Assembly (NCBI GenBank): GCA_041571435.1
Contig: JBFFUI010000001.1
Span: 83,506 to 147,505 of the forward strand
Direction: 5' to 3'
From: Sulfurimonadaceae bacterium
GTDB taxonomy: Bacteria > Campylobacterota > Campylobacteria > Campylobacterales > Sulfurimonadaceae
Length of the DNA: 64,000 nt
Position numbers and translations under genes: made by a program. The notes beneath the pieces are model-generated. The model was not told the DNA's origin, ran no database searches, and was given only the letters and a program-made list of their open reading frames with translations. Shown here piece by piece: positions 51,499-61,684 of the stretch (position 1 is its first letter; each line of letters begins with the position of its first letter).

Positions 51499-53013
51499 AT
51501 GAAAAAATTACAGTGCGCCACGCTCGAAGGGATTGAAGCCATCCCTGTCTCTGTCGAATCCACGCTTACCAAAGGGCTCCCCTCTTTTACCATCGTCGGC
51601 ATGGCATCGACGGCCATCAACGAAGCGCGGGAGCGTGTCAAGTCTGCTCTCCTGGCAAACGGCTTCGTCTTCCCGCCAAAGCGTATCACCATCAACCTCT
51701 CCCCCTCCGATGTCAACAAGAACGGTTCACATTTTGATCTCGGCATCGCCCTGCTGATCGCGCTCGACAACCTGGAGAGCGACCTCTCGGCGTGGTATGT
51801 CTTCGGCGAACTCGGGTTAGACGGACGCGTCAAAGAGAACGCGCTCCTCTACCCGCTTGTACTCTCTCTTGCCAACGGCACCCACATGCAAAAAGTACTT
51901 GTCCCCAATGAGAGTCTCACCAAAGTACGCAACATTCCCAATATCGAGTTTATCGGTGTAGCGCACGTTAATGATGCGATCGCTTTTTTAAGAGGCGACG
52001 ATACCAACGTCACCCGTCAGAACGCTGCCGAGATCGAATACCCAAGCTACCGGGCCAACAAAGAGACCTACTATTTTCAGAAACACTACCCCATCGACTT
52101 TCTTGACATCAAGGGACAGGAGAATGCCAAACGGGCGGCTTTGGTCAGTGCAAGCGGTCTACATAACCTGCTGCTGGAGGGAAGCCCGGGCTGTGGCAAG
52201 TCGATGATTGCTAAACGGCTGCACTACATCCTGCCTCCCGTCACTTCCGATGAGCTGCTTGATATTGCAAAACTCGACTCGCTCGACGGTGTCAAGCCGC
52301 ACTTCAGTCCGCTGCGCCCTTTTCGCTCACCGCACCACACCTCCACACCTGCTTCCGTCTTTGGCGGCGGCAGCCACAAAGCGCAGATAGGAGAGATCGG
52401 GCTTGCGCATAACGGTATTCTCTTTTTCGACGAGCTTCCCCACTTCCAAAAACCTGTACTAGAAGCCCTCAGGGAACCGCTGGAAGACAGAAAGATCCGC
52501 ATCTCCAGGGTCAATACCAAGGTCGAGTACCCCACCTCATTTCTTTTTGTCGCAGCGATGAACCCCTGCCCATGTGGAAATCTCTTAAGCACGACACAAA
52601 ATTGCCGCTGTACCGAACGCGACATTCAGCGTTACAAGAACCGCCTGTCCGACCCCTTTCTGGACCGGATAGACCTCTACGTTCAGATGCAGAACATCAA
52701 CCCGGAAGATAGCCCCTCACACAGTTCAGAAGCGCTGCACAGACAGGTACTGTATGCCCACAAGCGACAGATGGAGAGGGGCCAAAGCGCGCTGAACGGG
52801 CAGTTGGAGGACAGCGAAATCGACAGGTTCTGTCTGCTTGAGAGTGAGGCACAAACAATTTTGGAGCAAGCCATCGTCCGCTACCAACTCTCCTTTCGAA
52901 GCATCAAAAAGATCCAGAAAGTTGCCCGGACCATTGCCGACCTGGAGAGTGCCGACAAGATCTCAAAAAGCCACCTTCTTGAAGCGCTCAGCTACAGACG
53001 CCGTAACCCATAG
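51499..53013 (+). CDS. comM: YifB/ComM Mg-chelatase-like AAA+ ATPase
   Basis: ARERVKSA, ITINLSP, GELGLDG, GSPGCGKS, RSPHH, NPCPCG, DRID. Confidence 0.9.
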   Translation: MKKLQCATLEGIEAIPVSVESTLTKGLPSFTIVGMASTAINEARERVKSALLANGFVFPPKRITINLSPSDVNKNGSHFDLGIALLIALDNLESDLSAWYVFGELGLDGRVKENALLYPLVLSLANGTHMQKVLVPNESLTKVRNIPNIEFIGVAHVNDAIAFLRGDDTNVTRQNAAEIEYPSYRANKETYYFQKHYPIDFLDIKGQENAKRAALVSASGLHNLLLEGSPGCGKSMIAKRLHYILPPVTSDELLDIAKLDSLDGVKPHFSPLRPFRSPHHTSTPASVFGGGSHKAQIGEIGLAHNGILFFDELPHFQKPVLEALREPLEDRKIRISRVNTKVEYPTSFLFVAAMNPCPCGNLLSTTQNCRCTERDIQRYKNRLSDPFLDRIDLYVQMQNINPEDSPSHSSEALHRQVLYAHKRQMERGQSALNGQLEDSEIDRFCLLESEAQTILEQAIVRYQLSFRSIKKIQKVARTIADLESADKISKSHLLEALSYRRRNP

Positions 53014-53125
53014 TCAAAACACATAATATTGGTTGATCACAAAAATAAGAATATGATATAAAAGTGCCACCGCATTAACTTAAAAGGGCTATACTTTTAT
53101 TTACCATCTTTTTAAAGGATATTAA

Positions 53126-53356
53126 ATGGCAAAGATTATCTTAATGATCAGCATCATCTCCTCGTTTCTTCTCGCATCAGACACCTCTATATTTGACCAT
53201 AAAACAGAAAAACCGAAAGAGGTCGATAATACGAAGATGTGCAACCTGTTTACTAAGAAAATCGCCGATTACAAAGCGACGATGCGCGACGATGCATATG
53301 CTCAAGCAACGCTACAGTCCTACAAAGACCGCGCCGCCGTATATTGTAAAAAATAG
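53126..53356 (+). CDS. Small secreted protein with two cysteines
   Basis: AAGGA SD, signal peptide, C...C likely disulfide. Confidence 0.7.
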   Translation: MAKIILMISIISSFLLASDTSIFDHKTEKPKEVDNTKMCNLFTKKIADYKATMRDDAYAQATLQSYKDRAAVYCKK

Positions 53357-53559
53357 AACAATATTATCACTATTCACACATTATTGAGATGCGTGATGTA
53401 AAGACAATATTGATTACTTGCCCCTTCTTCCTAAATGCGTAGGCGAGGCACGCTCATAAGCTTCATGTAAAAATATTCCAACCTAAGCTGTATTTAGATC
53501 TCTTTTTCTTGTTTATTTTGATAAGATATTTTTAAACATGATTACAGACAGGGAACAAT

Positions 53560-53874
53560 ATGAATATAACTAACATTGAAACCATTCCGGGAAAGACGAT
53601 CGTTGCACACCACGGCGTTGTCTCAGGCTCAACCGTCCGCGCCAAACATGTCGGTAGAGATATTATGGCCGGTTTTAAAAACGTTTTTGGCGGTGAGCTT
53701 AAAGGGTATACTGAGCTCTTAAGCGAGTCAAGAGAAGAAGCTATGGCGAGAATGACCAAACAGGCCAGATCTTTAGGCGCAAATGCGATTGTTAATGTCC
53801 GTTTCTCCACCTCTTCTGTTGCTGCCGGTGCTGCAGAGCTTTACGTCTATGGAACAGCTGTAAGCGTCGAGTAA
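53560..53874 (+). CDS. YbjQ/UPF0145 family protein
   Basis: GRDIMAGFKNVFGGELKGY, REEAMARM, GANAIVNVRF, YGTAV. Confidence 0.9.
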   Translation: MNITNIETIPGKTIVAHHGVVSGSTVRAKHVGRDIMAGFKNVFGGELKGYTELLSESREEAMARMTKQARSLGANAIVNVRFSTSSVAAGAAELYVYGTAVSVE

Positions 53875-54314
53875 TGGTAGATTTAATTGTATTTTTGACC
53901 CTGATCGCATTGGGGTATTTTGTAGGTTCCTACCTTGAAAAACAGCATTACCGTTCTATTCGTCAACGAGAGGTGCAATATGCTTCACTGCCTACAATCA
54001 TGCTCAAAAAACCTTTACGTCCTGAGAGTGTTACAGAGAGCCGTTTAGTCAATGGCAGTGTTGTCATCTCAATAGATTACTTTAAACGATTGGTAGCTGC
54101 ATTGAGAAACATTTTTGGCGGTAATGTCACCACCTATGAAACCCTTCTTGATCGTGCACGACGCGAAGCTGTTTTACGCATGAAAGAGGATGCTAAAGGG
54201 GCTGATGAGATTATCAATGTCCGTTTGGAAACATCATCGATCTCTAAAAACGATCTAAAAGGCAGTATCGGAAGTGTTGAAGTTCTGGCCTACGGTACAG
54301 CGCTAAAATATTGA
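53874..54314 (+). CDS. Membrane-anchored YbjQ-family protein
   Basis: N-terminal TM; LRNIFGG, RARREAVLRM, INVRLET, AYGTA. Confidence 0.85.
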   Translation: MVDLIVFLTLIALGYFVGSYLEKQHYRSIRQREVQYASLPTIMLKKPLRPESVTESRLVNGSVVISIDYFKRLVAALRNIFGGNVTTYETLLDRARREAVLRMKEDAKGADEIINVRLETSSISKNDLKGSIGSVEVLAYGTALKY

Positions 54315-55093
54315 AATATAACACTTCTCTTCCGGATGATTCGGTCAACATCTCAAAGCGATCTCCGCTTTTTGATCTGCTTTGGATGTTTACGGGGCTT
54401 TTTGTCGGTATCGTTGTGCTCTATTTCACGTTTGGTGTCATCGTCGAATACGGTATTAAAAACATCTCCACAGAACGAGAAATAAAACTGTTCTCTTTTT
54501 TACAGACGGAACAGAATCCCGAGGGGAGTTCATCGGAGGAGTTGCTGCGATTGAAAGACCTTCTTGGACGATCGCAAACATGCTACAATAGCCCCTATCA
54601 CTTTGTCGTCAATATCGTCGACGATAAAGCCATTAATGCTTTTGCCCTGCCGGGCGGAACGATCGTCTTCAATCGCGGACTTATGGACAGTGTCCATTCT
54701 GAAAATGAACTTTTTTTTGTCTTGGGCCATGAGATTGGTCACTATAAGAACAGAGATCATCTCGAAGGTATCGGACGCACCTTTTCTGCCATGGTCATAG
54801 GTAACATGTTGGGATTTTCAGACATCACCGAACTCCTTAACAGTGCTATGTCGCTCAGTGAAAGCCATTTTTCACAAACACAGGAAAGTGAAGCAGATAT
54901 ATACTCCCTTGAACTGATGCACTGTTATTACGGGCATGTCGGCGGTGCGACAGACTTCTTTGAGCATCTTCCAAAAGAGAAGTCGTTTTCACTGTATCGT
55001 TCCCATCCAGAGATAAAAAAACGTGTTCGGAATATTAAACGGTATATCAGAGAGAAAGGCTATAAGGTTCAAAAAGAATTAACGCCTTTATAG
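54311..55093 (+). CDS. M48-family Zn metallopeptidase
   Basis: TM, INAFALPGG, HEIGH, E.EAD, SHP. Confidence 0.88.
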   Translation: MKYNTSLPDDSVNISKRSPLFDLLWMFTGLFVGIVVLYFTFGVIVEYGIKNISTEREIKLFSFLQTEQNPEGSSSEELLRLKDLLGRSQTCYNSPYHFVVNIVDDKAINAFALPGGTIVFNRGLMDSVHSENELFFVLGHEIGHYKNRDHLEGIGRTFSAMVIGNMLGFSDITELLNSAMSLSESHFSQTQESEADIYSLELMHCYYGHVGGATDFFEHLPKEKSFSLYRSHPEIKKRVRNIKRYIREKGYKVQKELTPL

Positions 55094-55105
55094 TAAAAAA
55101 ACTTA

Positions 55106-56302
55106 CTAGTGGACTGAGGTACTCACGCCGCGAATCATATCCAGCCACTCGCCCATCTTCTTCTCATAGCCGATCGCCTTGAAATCGACAAAGTGTAACG
55201 GTTTGGCAAGGTACTGCTGCTCGACCCAGCCGCCGAAGTCGTGCGGATAGAGGTAGCCGCTGTTGTGCTGCTGGATAGTTTTGGGGATATCCAGCAGTTC
55301 CCCCGAGCGAACGGCCTGCTGTGCAGCATTGATCGCCATATAGGCGCTGTTCGACTTCGGTGAAGCGCAAAGGTAGATGACGGCCTGCGCCAAAATAATA
55401 CGCGACTCCGGATAACCGATCATCTTGGCCGACGTCATTGCCGATGTACAGAGTGTCAAGGCCTGCGGGTTGGCATTGCCGACATCTTCACTTGCCAGGA
55501 TGACCAAGCGTCTGGCGATGAATTCCGGCGGTTCCCCGCCTTCGATGAGACGTGCCAGGTAGTAGATCGCCGCATCCGGGTCGGAGCCGCGGATCGACTT
55601 GATCATCGCGGATGCAAGGTCATAGTGGACACCGGCTTCGGAACTGCCGCCGCTCTGCGCATTTGGGCGCAGCGAATAGAGCATCTCGAGTGTTATGTTC
55701 GTCTCCAAGACAGAAGCAAACTCCAGCAGTTTTAACATCCCTCTCGCGTCGCCGCCGCATGAACGCAAGAGGTACTCTCGCGCATCCTCTTCAACGCTAA
55801 GGTTTTCGGATGCCAGCGCCCTCTCCAGCAAGCTGTTGAGTGCTTCCAGGGAGATCGGCTTTAATTCAAAAAGAAGCGAACGAGAACGCATCGCCGCCGT
55901 TAATGAGAAAAAAGGGTTTTCCGTTGAGGCACCGATAACTAACACACTGTTAGTCTCCATAACCGGCAATAACACCTCTTGCTGATTTTTAGCCAGGCGG
56001 TGCACCTCATCAATAAATATCAGTGGCTTTTGGAGGGCATTTTTATACTGGTCAAAGATCTTACGCAGCTGCTCTATCTTGAGCGAGGTCGCATTGAACT
56101 CGTAAAAAGGAAGGTCCATCACTTTCGCGATGACACGGGCAATAGTGGTCTTGCCGCAGCCGGGAGGTCCATAAAAAAAGCTGTGCCCCAACTTTCCCTC
56201 TTCGCAGAGTCTGCGCAAGGGTGCATTGGCACTGCAGAGTTCCTCCTGGCCTAAGACACTGTCAAAGTCAGCAGGGCGTAAGAGGTGGGTGAAATCAGCC
56301 AT
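55106..56302 (-). CDS. rarA: Replication-associated recombination protein A
   Basis: GPPGCGKTT, DEVHR, STENP, KSIRGSD, SEDVGNA. Confidence 0.95.
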   Translation of the reverse strand: MADFTHLLRPADFDSVLGQEELCSANAPLRRLCEEGKLGHSFFYGPPGCGKTTIARVIAKVMDLPFYEFNATSLKIEQLRKIFDQYKNALQKPLIFIDEVHRLAKNQQEVLLPVMETNSVLVIGASTENPFFSLTAAMRSRSLLFELKPISLEALNSLLERALASENLSVEEDAREYLLRSCGGDARGMLKLLEFASVLETNITLEMLYSLRPNAQSGGSSEAGVHYDLASAMIKSIRGSDPDAAIYYLARLIEGGEPPEFIARRLVILASEDVGNANPQALTLCTSAMTSAKMIGYPESRIILAQAVIYLCASPKSNSAYMAINAAQQAVRSGELLDIPKTIQQHNSGYLYPHDFGGWVEQQYLAKPLHFVDFKAIGYEKKMGEWLDMIRGVSTSVH

Positions 56303-57159
56303 CAGTCCTTTCTCTTACCTGCTCTTTTTTTGGATATAGTTTTTTCTTCTGTCTTTACTTCTTTCGCTTTTGTTTGTATTTTCTGCAGTTTCTCTGCATC
56401 CCGTCCCGCATCCAGGAACTCACGCAGATGTACATACTCGCTGCGTTCAAGAAAGCGTGTTTTGCCGGTCGGCAGGTTGTTCAGCTCAATCCCGCCGAAA
56501 CTGAGGCGTTTCAGGTCAACCACCTCGGCATCAAAATGCGCAAAGAAGCGACGCACTTCACGGTTCTGCCCTTCGCCGATCGCGATCTTCAAAACAGAAT
56601 AATCGCCCTTGTTTTTAATGATCTGATAGGCGAAAAATGGTGCGAAGTGCATCGAAGTGACATCGCTGAGCTCATGTCCGCCGGCCGAGGCGTCCTCGAG
56701 ATCAAGTCCTTTTTTCATCCCCATCTCCATGGCTTCCGTAACAGGCCCCTTTATCTTTACCTTGTAAACACGTTCAAGGTTGGAGGTCATCAGTACATTG
56801 GCAACCCGCGAAGCGTCTGTTAACAGAAGAAGCCCTTCCGTCGCAAAGTCAAGGCGCCCTATCGGAATAAAGTGTTTATACTTATTGTCCAGCGTGTCGT
56901 AGATAATCTTCCGTCCACGCGGGTCACTTTTGGTCACCAGCTCGCCCTTTGGCTTGTTGTAGACGATCACCGTGAACTGATCGCTCGGCACGATCTTTTT
57001 ACCGCTGACCACCACTTTGACATGGCGTTCATCAACCTGTGTTGCAGGGTTTTCCTGCAGTTCACCGTCGACGTAGACATAACCCGACTGGATCACCTTG
57101 TCTGCCTCACGGCGTGAATACGTAGAGTAGTGGGCTATATATTTGTTAAGTCGCATCAT
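56302..57159 (-). CDS. rRNA pseudouridine synthase (RluB/RsuA family)
   Basis: S4 domain RLNKY..SRREAD; GRLD catalytic motif; EGQNRE. Confidence 0.9.
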   Translation of the reverse strand: MMRLNKYIAHYSTYSRREADKVIQSGYVYVDGELQENPATQVDERHVKVVVSGKKIVPSDQFTVIVYNKPKGELVTKSDPRGRKIIYDTLDNKYKHFIPIGRLDFATEGLLLLTDASRVANVLMTSNLERVYKVKIKGPVTEAMEMGMKKGLDLEDASAGGHELSDVTSMHFAPFFAYQIIKNKGDYSVLKIAIGEGQNREVRRFFAHFDAEVVDLKRLSFGGIELNNLPTGKTRFLERSEYVHLREFLDAGRDAEKLQKIQTKAKEVKTEEKTISKKRAGKRKD

Positions 57160-58133
57160 GCGATTCCCTTTTCGACCAGGTCGTGCAGGTGGAGGGCGCC
57201 GAGAATTCTCTTCTCATCATCGACCACCACCAGGAGCTGTATCTTATATTTTTCTATGAGTACCAACGCGTCGCTTGCAAGCATGCTCGCATCATCAATG
57301 GTCTTTGGGTTCAGCGTTGCCAATGCCGAGGCCGGCATCTCCAAAGAGAAGTCCGGACTCATCAGGGCGCGACGGATGTCGCCGTCACTGATCAGGCCTT
57401 TGAACTTATTGTCAACATCAACAAGCAGCACCGTACCGAGACGCCCTTCGCTGATGCTTACGATGGCCTCCTTTAACGGCGTATCCATCGAAATGATCGG
57501 CAAGGTCTCTTTGCGCATGACGTCCTCTACTTTGACATAGAGCTGACGACCGAGCGAACCACCCGGATGAAAAGAGGCAAAGTCCTCTTTTTTGAAATCC
57601 CGTGCTTTCATCAGGCAGATCGCCAAAGCATCGCCAAGCGCCAGCGTAAGAGTCGTTGACGATGTCGGCGCGATGTCCAGAGGACAGGCCTCTTTCTGCA
57701 CTTCGATCTTCATCACCAGGTCACTGAAACTGCCCAGCGTCGAAGCGCTGTTTTTTGTCATGCCGATGAGAGGAATGTCAAAACGTTTGACATGCGGCAG
57801 GATAGAACTCAGCTCTTCACTCTCGCCGCTGTAACTTATCGCAAGAACAACATCCTCTTTTGAGATCATGCCCAGGTCGCCGTGCATCGCTTCGGTCGGA
57901 TGCAGAAAAAAACTTGGTGTCCCTGTCGAGGCGAATGTCGCTGCCATCTTTGCACCGATAAGCCCGGACTTCCCGACACCGGTGACGATCAGTTTCCCGC
58001 TGCAGGCCAAAATCGTCTCGATAATCTTGTCTAGATCTTCAGAGATACTTTCTGCTGCAAACGTAAGTGCATCGGCTTCGATCCGCAGAGTCTCCCGGAC
58101 AATTGACGTATAATCGTTTTTACGACTCGGCAT
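57156..58133 (-). CDS. kdsD: Arabinose-5-phosphate isomerase KpsF/GutQ family
   Basis: GVGKSG, HGDLG, APTSST, FHPGG, CBS pair. Confidence 0.93.
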   Translation of the reverse strand: MPSRKNDYTSIVRETLRIEADALTFAAESISEDLDKIIETILACSGKLIVTGVGKSGLIGAKMAATFASTGTPSFFLHPTEAMHGDLGMISKEDVVLAISYSGESEELSSILPHVKRFDIPLIGMTKNSASTLGSFSDLVMKIEVQKEACPLDIAPTSSTTLTLALGDALAICLMKARDFKKEDFASFHPGGSLGRQLYVKVEDVMRKETLPIISMDTPLKEAIVSISEGRLGTVLLVDVDNKFKGLISDGDIRRALMSPDFSLEMPASALATLNPKTIDDASMLASDALVLIEKYKIQLLVVVDDEKRILGALHLHDLVEKGIA

Positions 58134-58228
58134 TCACTATCTCCCCGCATTGAACCGTTGGTTCTATTCATAAAGCGTATTATAGCCCAATTCGCTCACA
58201 TTAGTTATAATTAGGCAAAGGAACCTTT

Positions 58229-59620
58229 ATGCAAAATCTTTTCACTGAAATCAACTCTCTCGATCAGCGGTGTTACGATGACTTCGCGCTTAACGAAGAT
58301 ATCTTGATGGAACACGCTGCAGACGGGATGGCCGACTTTATTCACAATCAGTATGATGGACTTGAAAGCATCTGTATTGTCTGTGGTGCCGGTAATAACG
58401 GAGCAGACGGTATTGCCCTTGCCCGCCTTTTGCACCGTGATTTTGATGTCTCTCTCTACCTCTCTTTCGGGGTCAGATCGACTATGTCCAAACTCCAGCT
58501 TCAGCGTGCTGAAGCTGTGGGCGTCAAGATCGTCGATGAGCTCCAGGAATGTGACATACTGGTCGATGCCCTTTTTGGCAGCGGTTTCAGCCGCAGGTTC
58601 GATGAAGAGACCAGAGAGCTGTTGGAAGCGATGAACAACCTCAATGCAGACAAGATCGCTTGCGATATGCCCTCGGGTCTTCGCCTTGACGGGACAATGG
58701 AAGAGGAGAGTTTTGTTGCGGATGCCACACTGACCATGGGCGCGCTCAAGCGCGGCATGTTCAGCGACGCTGCCAAAGAAGTCGTCGGCACGGTCTATGT
58801 GATCGATCTGGGTGTCAGCCGAAAGGTTTATGAGAAAGGATCCAACTGGAAGCTACTGGACATGGAAGACCTCAGCCTGCCGCACCGTTTTGAACATGAC
58901 AGCCACAAAGGCAGCTACGGTCATCTCTGCGTTATCTGCGGTGAAAAGCCTGGGGCCGCGGTGATGAGCGGTTCAGCGGCACTACGTTTTGGCGCAGGCC
59001 TCGTCACCCTCATCAGCAACGAACAGGCACAGATCCCTTTTGAGCTGATGCAGTCGCACCTGCTGCCAAAAACTACCACCGCTATAGCATTGGGAATGGG
59101 CCTTGGAACGGAGTTTTCCAACGAAGAGCTGCTTTCCCTGCTAGACAATGAACTCCCGCTGCTTCTGGATGCCGACATCTTTGCCCATCCGCTGTTTAGC
59201 AAACTGCTTCAACGCAAACACCTTGTCATCACACCGCACCCGAAAGAGTTCACGACTGTGCTCAACGCATGCGGTCTTGCCGACATCGATGTCCATGAGC
59301 TGCAACACAACCGTTTCCACTACGTCGAGCTCTTCTGCAGGGCATACCCGAATGTTACACTGCTGCTTAAAGGGGCTAACGTCATCATCGCACAGTGTGA
59401 GAGCTTTTACATCAACCCTCACGGTACCAACTCGCTGGCCAAAGGGGGAAGCGGTGATGTCCTGGCCGGACTTATCGGCGCGTTGATGGCACAGGGAAGC
59501 AGTACGATCAGTGCCGCCGTGCAAGCCTCATTGGCGCACACGACCGCAGCTATGCAGGTCGACAAAAACAGCTATGCGCTGACACCCAATGATCTTATCG
59601 AAGCCGTAACGACGTTATGA
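58229..59620 (+). CDS. nnr: Bifunctional NAD(P)HX epimerase/dehydratase
   Basis: LMEHA, GNNGADG, HKGSYG, TPHPKE, LAKGGSGDVLAG. Confidence 0.92.
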   Translation: MQNLFTEINSLDQRCYDDFALNEDILMEHAADGMADFIHNQYDGLESICIVCGAGNNGADGIALARLLHRDFDVSLYLSFGVRSTMSKLQLQRAEAVGVKIVDELQECDILVDALFGSGFSRRFDEETRELLEAMNNLNADKIACDMPSGLRLDGTMEEESFVADATLTMGALKRGMFSDAAKEVVGTVYVIDLGVSRKVYEKGSNWKLLDMEDLSLPHRFEHDSHKGSYGHLCVICGEKPGAAVMSGSAALRFGAGLVTLISNEQAQIPFELMQSHLLPKTTTAIALGMGLGTEFSNEELLSLLDNELPLLLDADIFAHPLFSKLLQRKHLVITPHPKEFTTVLNACGLADIDVHELQHNRFHYVELFCRAYPNVTLLLKGANVIIAQCESFYINPHGTNSLAKGGSGDVLAGLIGALMAQGSSTISAAVQASLAHTTAAMQVDKNSYALTPNDLIEAVTTL

Positions 59621-59654
59621 CAACGTTTTACAACACCCTACAGGAAAGCACGGA

Positions 59655-60221
59655 ATGATTCATCGTAAAAAGATCGTGATCCTTTTCAGCGGAGAAGGCT
59701 CCAACCTGCTCAACATCATCGAAACACTGCACCCTGCAGAGCTCCATGTCGCTGCTGCGATCACAAACCGTCCTCATGCCGGGGGTATCGCCAAGGCTAA
59801 AGCCCACGGTATTCCGGTAGAGATCATCGACCATACACACTTTGAGAACCGGGAGCGTTTTGATGAAGCGCTACTGAAAATCATTAACGCGTATGCTCCC
59901 GATCTTGTTGTGATGGCCGGTTTCATGCGTATTCTGACGCCCGTTGTCACCGACAGCATCAGGGCGATCAATGTGCACCCCTCTCTGCTGCCACTTTTCA
60001 AAGGGGGCAACGCCATCGAGGAGAGTTTTTCAAGCGATGAAAGAGAGGGCGGTATCTCTGTCCATTGGGTGAGTTCTGAGCTTGACGGCGGCGAGGTCAT
60101 CAGCCAAGAGGCCTTTGACAAAGAGACGGATGAGACCCTCGAGAGCTTTACACGAAAGATCCGTGAACTCGAGCACAGACTGCTCCCGCAGACCATTGTT
60201 CAAATCCTTAAAGAGGATTAG
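59655..60221 (+). CDS. purN: Phosphoribosylglycinamide formyltransferase
   Basis: SGEGSN, AGFMRIL, NVHPSLLP, LDGG. Confidence 0.95.
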   Translation: MIHRKKIVILFSGEGSNLLNIIETLHPAELHVAAAITNRPHAGGIAKAKAHGIPVEIIDHTHFENRERFDEALLKIINAYAPDLVVMAGFMRILTPVVTDSIRAINVHPSLLPLFKGGNAIEESFSSDEREGGISVHWVSSELDGGEVISQEAFDKETDETLESFTRKIRELEHRLLPQTIVQILKED

Positions 60222-60319
60222 GCCTCAAGGGAAGTAAGACAGTTTACAGAGTGACTATGTTATAAACGCGACAATAAATGGATGTAGATGCAACATCCAC
60301 CCCATATCTTGGAGAAAAC

Positions 60320-61099
60320 ATGGATAACATTTTAAAAATCGGAAAATATGAACTCGGCAGCCGCCTTATCGTCGGTAGCGGAAAATACGCTGACTTTGAA
60401 ACAACCAAGGCCGCAACACTGGCATCGGGTTCGGAGCTGATCACCGTTGCCGTCCGCCGTCTGAACATCACCGACCCCGACAAAGAGAACCTGCGCGACA
60501 CATTTGCAGGTACAAATGTAAAATTTCTGCCGAATTCGGCAGGTTGTACAACGGCTGAAGAAGCGATCACAACTTTCCGTCTGACACGTGAAGCGACAGG
60601 GATCGATCTGATCAAGCTGGAAGTGATCGGCGATACGCAAAAGACGCTTTATCCTGACGTGCTGGAGACGATCAAAGCATGTGAAGTACTTGCAAAAGAG
60701 GGTTTTACGATCATGGCATACACGTCGGATGATCCGATCATGGCCAAACGCCTTGAAGATGCAGGTGCACACGCTGTCATGCCATTAGCTGCACCAATCG
60801 GTTCTGGTCTTGGTATTCAAAACCCGTACAATATTGTCTTTATCCGTGATGCCATCAACGTCCCGGTCATCGTCGATGCAGGTATAGGCTGTGCTTCGGA
60901 TGCCGCGTATGCGATGGAACTAGGCGCCGAAGGTGTATTGACCAACACGGCGATCGCCCAGGCACAAGATCCAATGATCATGGCCGAAGCGATGAAGCAC
61001 GCAGTACAGGCCGGACGCATGAGCTACCTTGCTGGCCGTATCCCGAAACGTCCATATGCAACGGCATCATCACCGGTTGACGGGATGATCCAGTTTTAA
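60320..61099 (+). CDS. thiG: Thiazole synthase
   Basis: [38 protein letters not shown] at 60320 after GGAG. Confidence 0.96.
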   Translation: MDNILKIGKYELGSRLIVGSGKYADFETTKAATLASGSELITVAVRRLNITDPDKENLRDTFAGTNVKFLPNSAGCTTAEEAITTFRLTREATGIDLIKLEVIGDTQKTLYPDVLETIKACEVLAKEGFTIMAYTSDDPIMAKRLEDAGAHAVMPLAAPIGSGLGIQNPYNIVFIRDAINVPVIVDAGIGCASDAAYAMELGAEGVLTNTAIAQAQDPMIMAEAMKHAVQAGRMSYLAGRIPKRPYATASSPVDGMIQF

Positions 61100-61242
61100 A
61101 AACCCTGTCTGTCTGCACAGTAAAACAGTGACACAGACGGGCGATACTTTATGTTCTCCTCTTTTCTTTCACTTTCAAACCACTTTTATTGTTAAAGCTT
61201 ATTCCCTGTAAAACTGCTCTATTATTGTAATAAAGGATTTTA

Positions 61243-61671
61243 ATGCGTGTTCTCTCTCTGCTGTTGTTTTTTGTATTTTCGCTATATGCATCGCCAAAAG
61301 CCGCTGAAGAGCTTGACTATCATAGCGACTACAGCAAAGCGTTAGGTATCGCAAAAGAAGAGAAGAAGCCGTTGATGCTGGTAGTTGTCACCTCATACTG
61401 TCCGTGGTGCCGCAAGTTTGAACGAAAAACACTTGCATCTAAAACCATCACACCGATAATCAAGTCGACCTATGTCCCCGTCATCGTCGACCGAAACAAA
61501 GATGCCGCACACTTTCCCAAACACTTCCAGACCGCGCGTATCCCGACCGTCTTTTTCATCGACCCGGCAGATGAGAAGGAGTATTGGGAGAGCATCGGTT
61601 ATCTCAACAAAACAGAGTTCACCGAGGCCTTACACGATGCCAAAGCGCTCTTCAAAAAGAGACATAAGTAG
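61243..61671 (+). CDS. Periplasmic thioredoxin-fold protein (SoxW-like)
   Basis: Signal peptide, CPWC, IPTVFF, GY. Confidence 0.8.
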   Translation: MRVLSLLLFFVFSLYASPKAAEELDYHSDYSKALGIAKEEKKPLMLVVVTSYCPWCRKFERKTLASKTITPIIKSTYVPVIVDRNKDAAHFPKHFQTARIPTVFFIDPADEKEYWESIGYLNKTEFTEALHDAKALFKKRHK

Positions 61672-61684
61672 GGAGTTATTACGC

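Noticed and set aside
60222-60319. Possible TPP riboswitch upstream of thiG (hairpin TGGATGT...ACATCCA at 60279-60299)
   Set aside because: No CTGAGA or other TPP core motifs and the leader is too short; only a lone hairpin.
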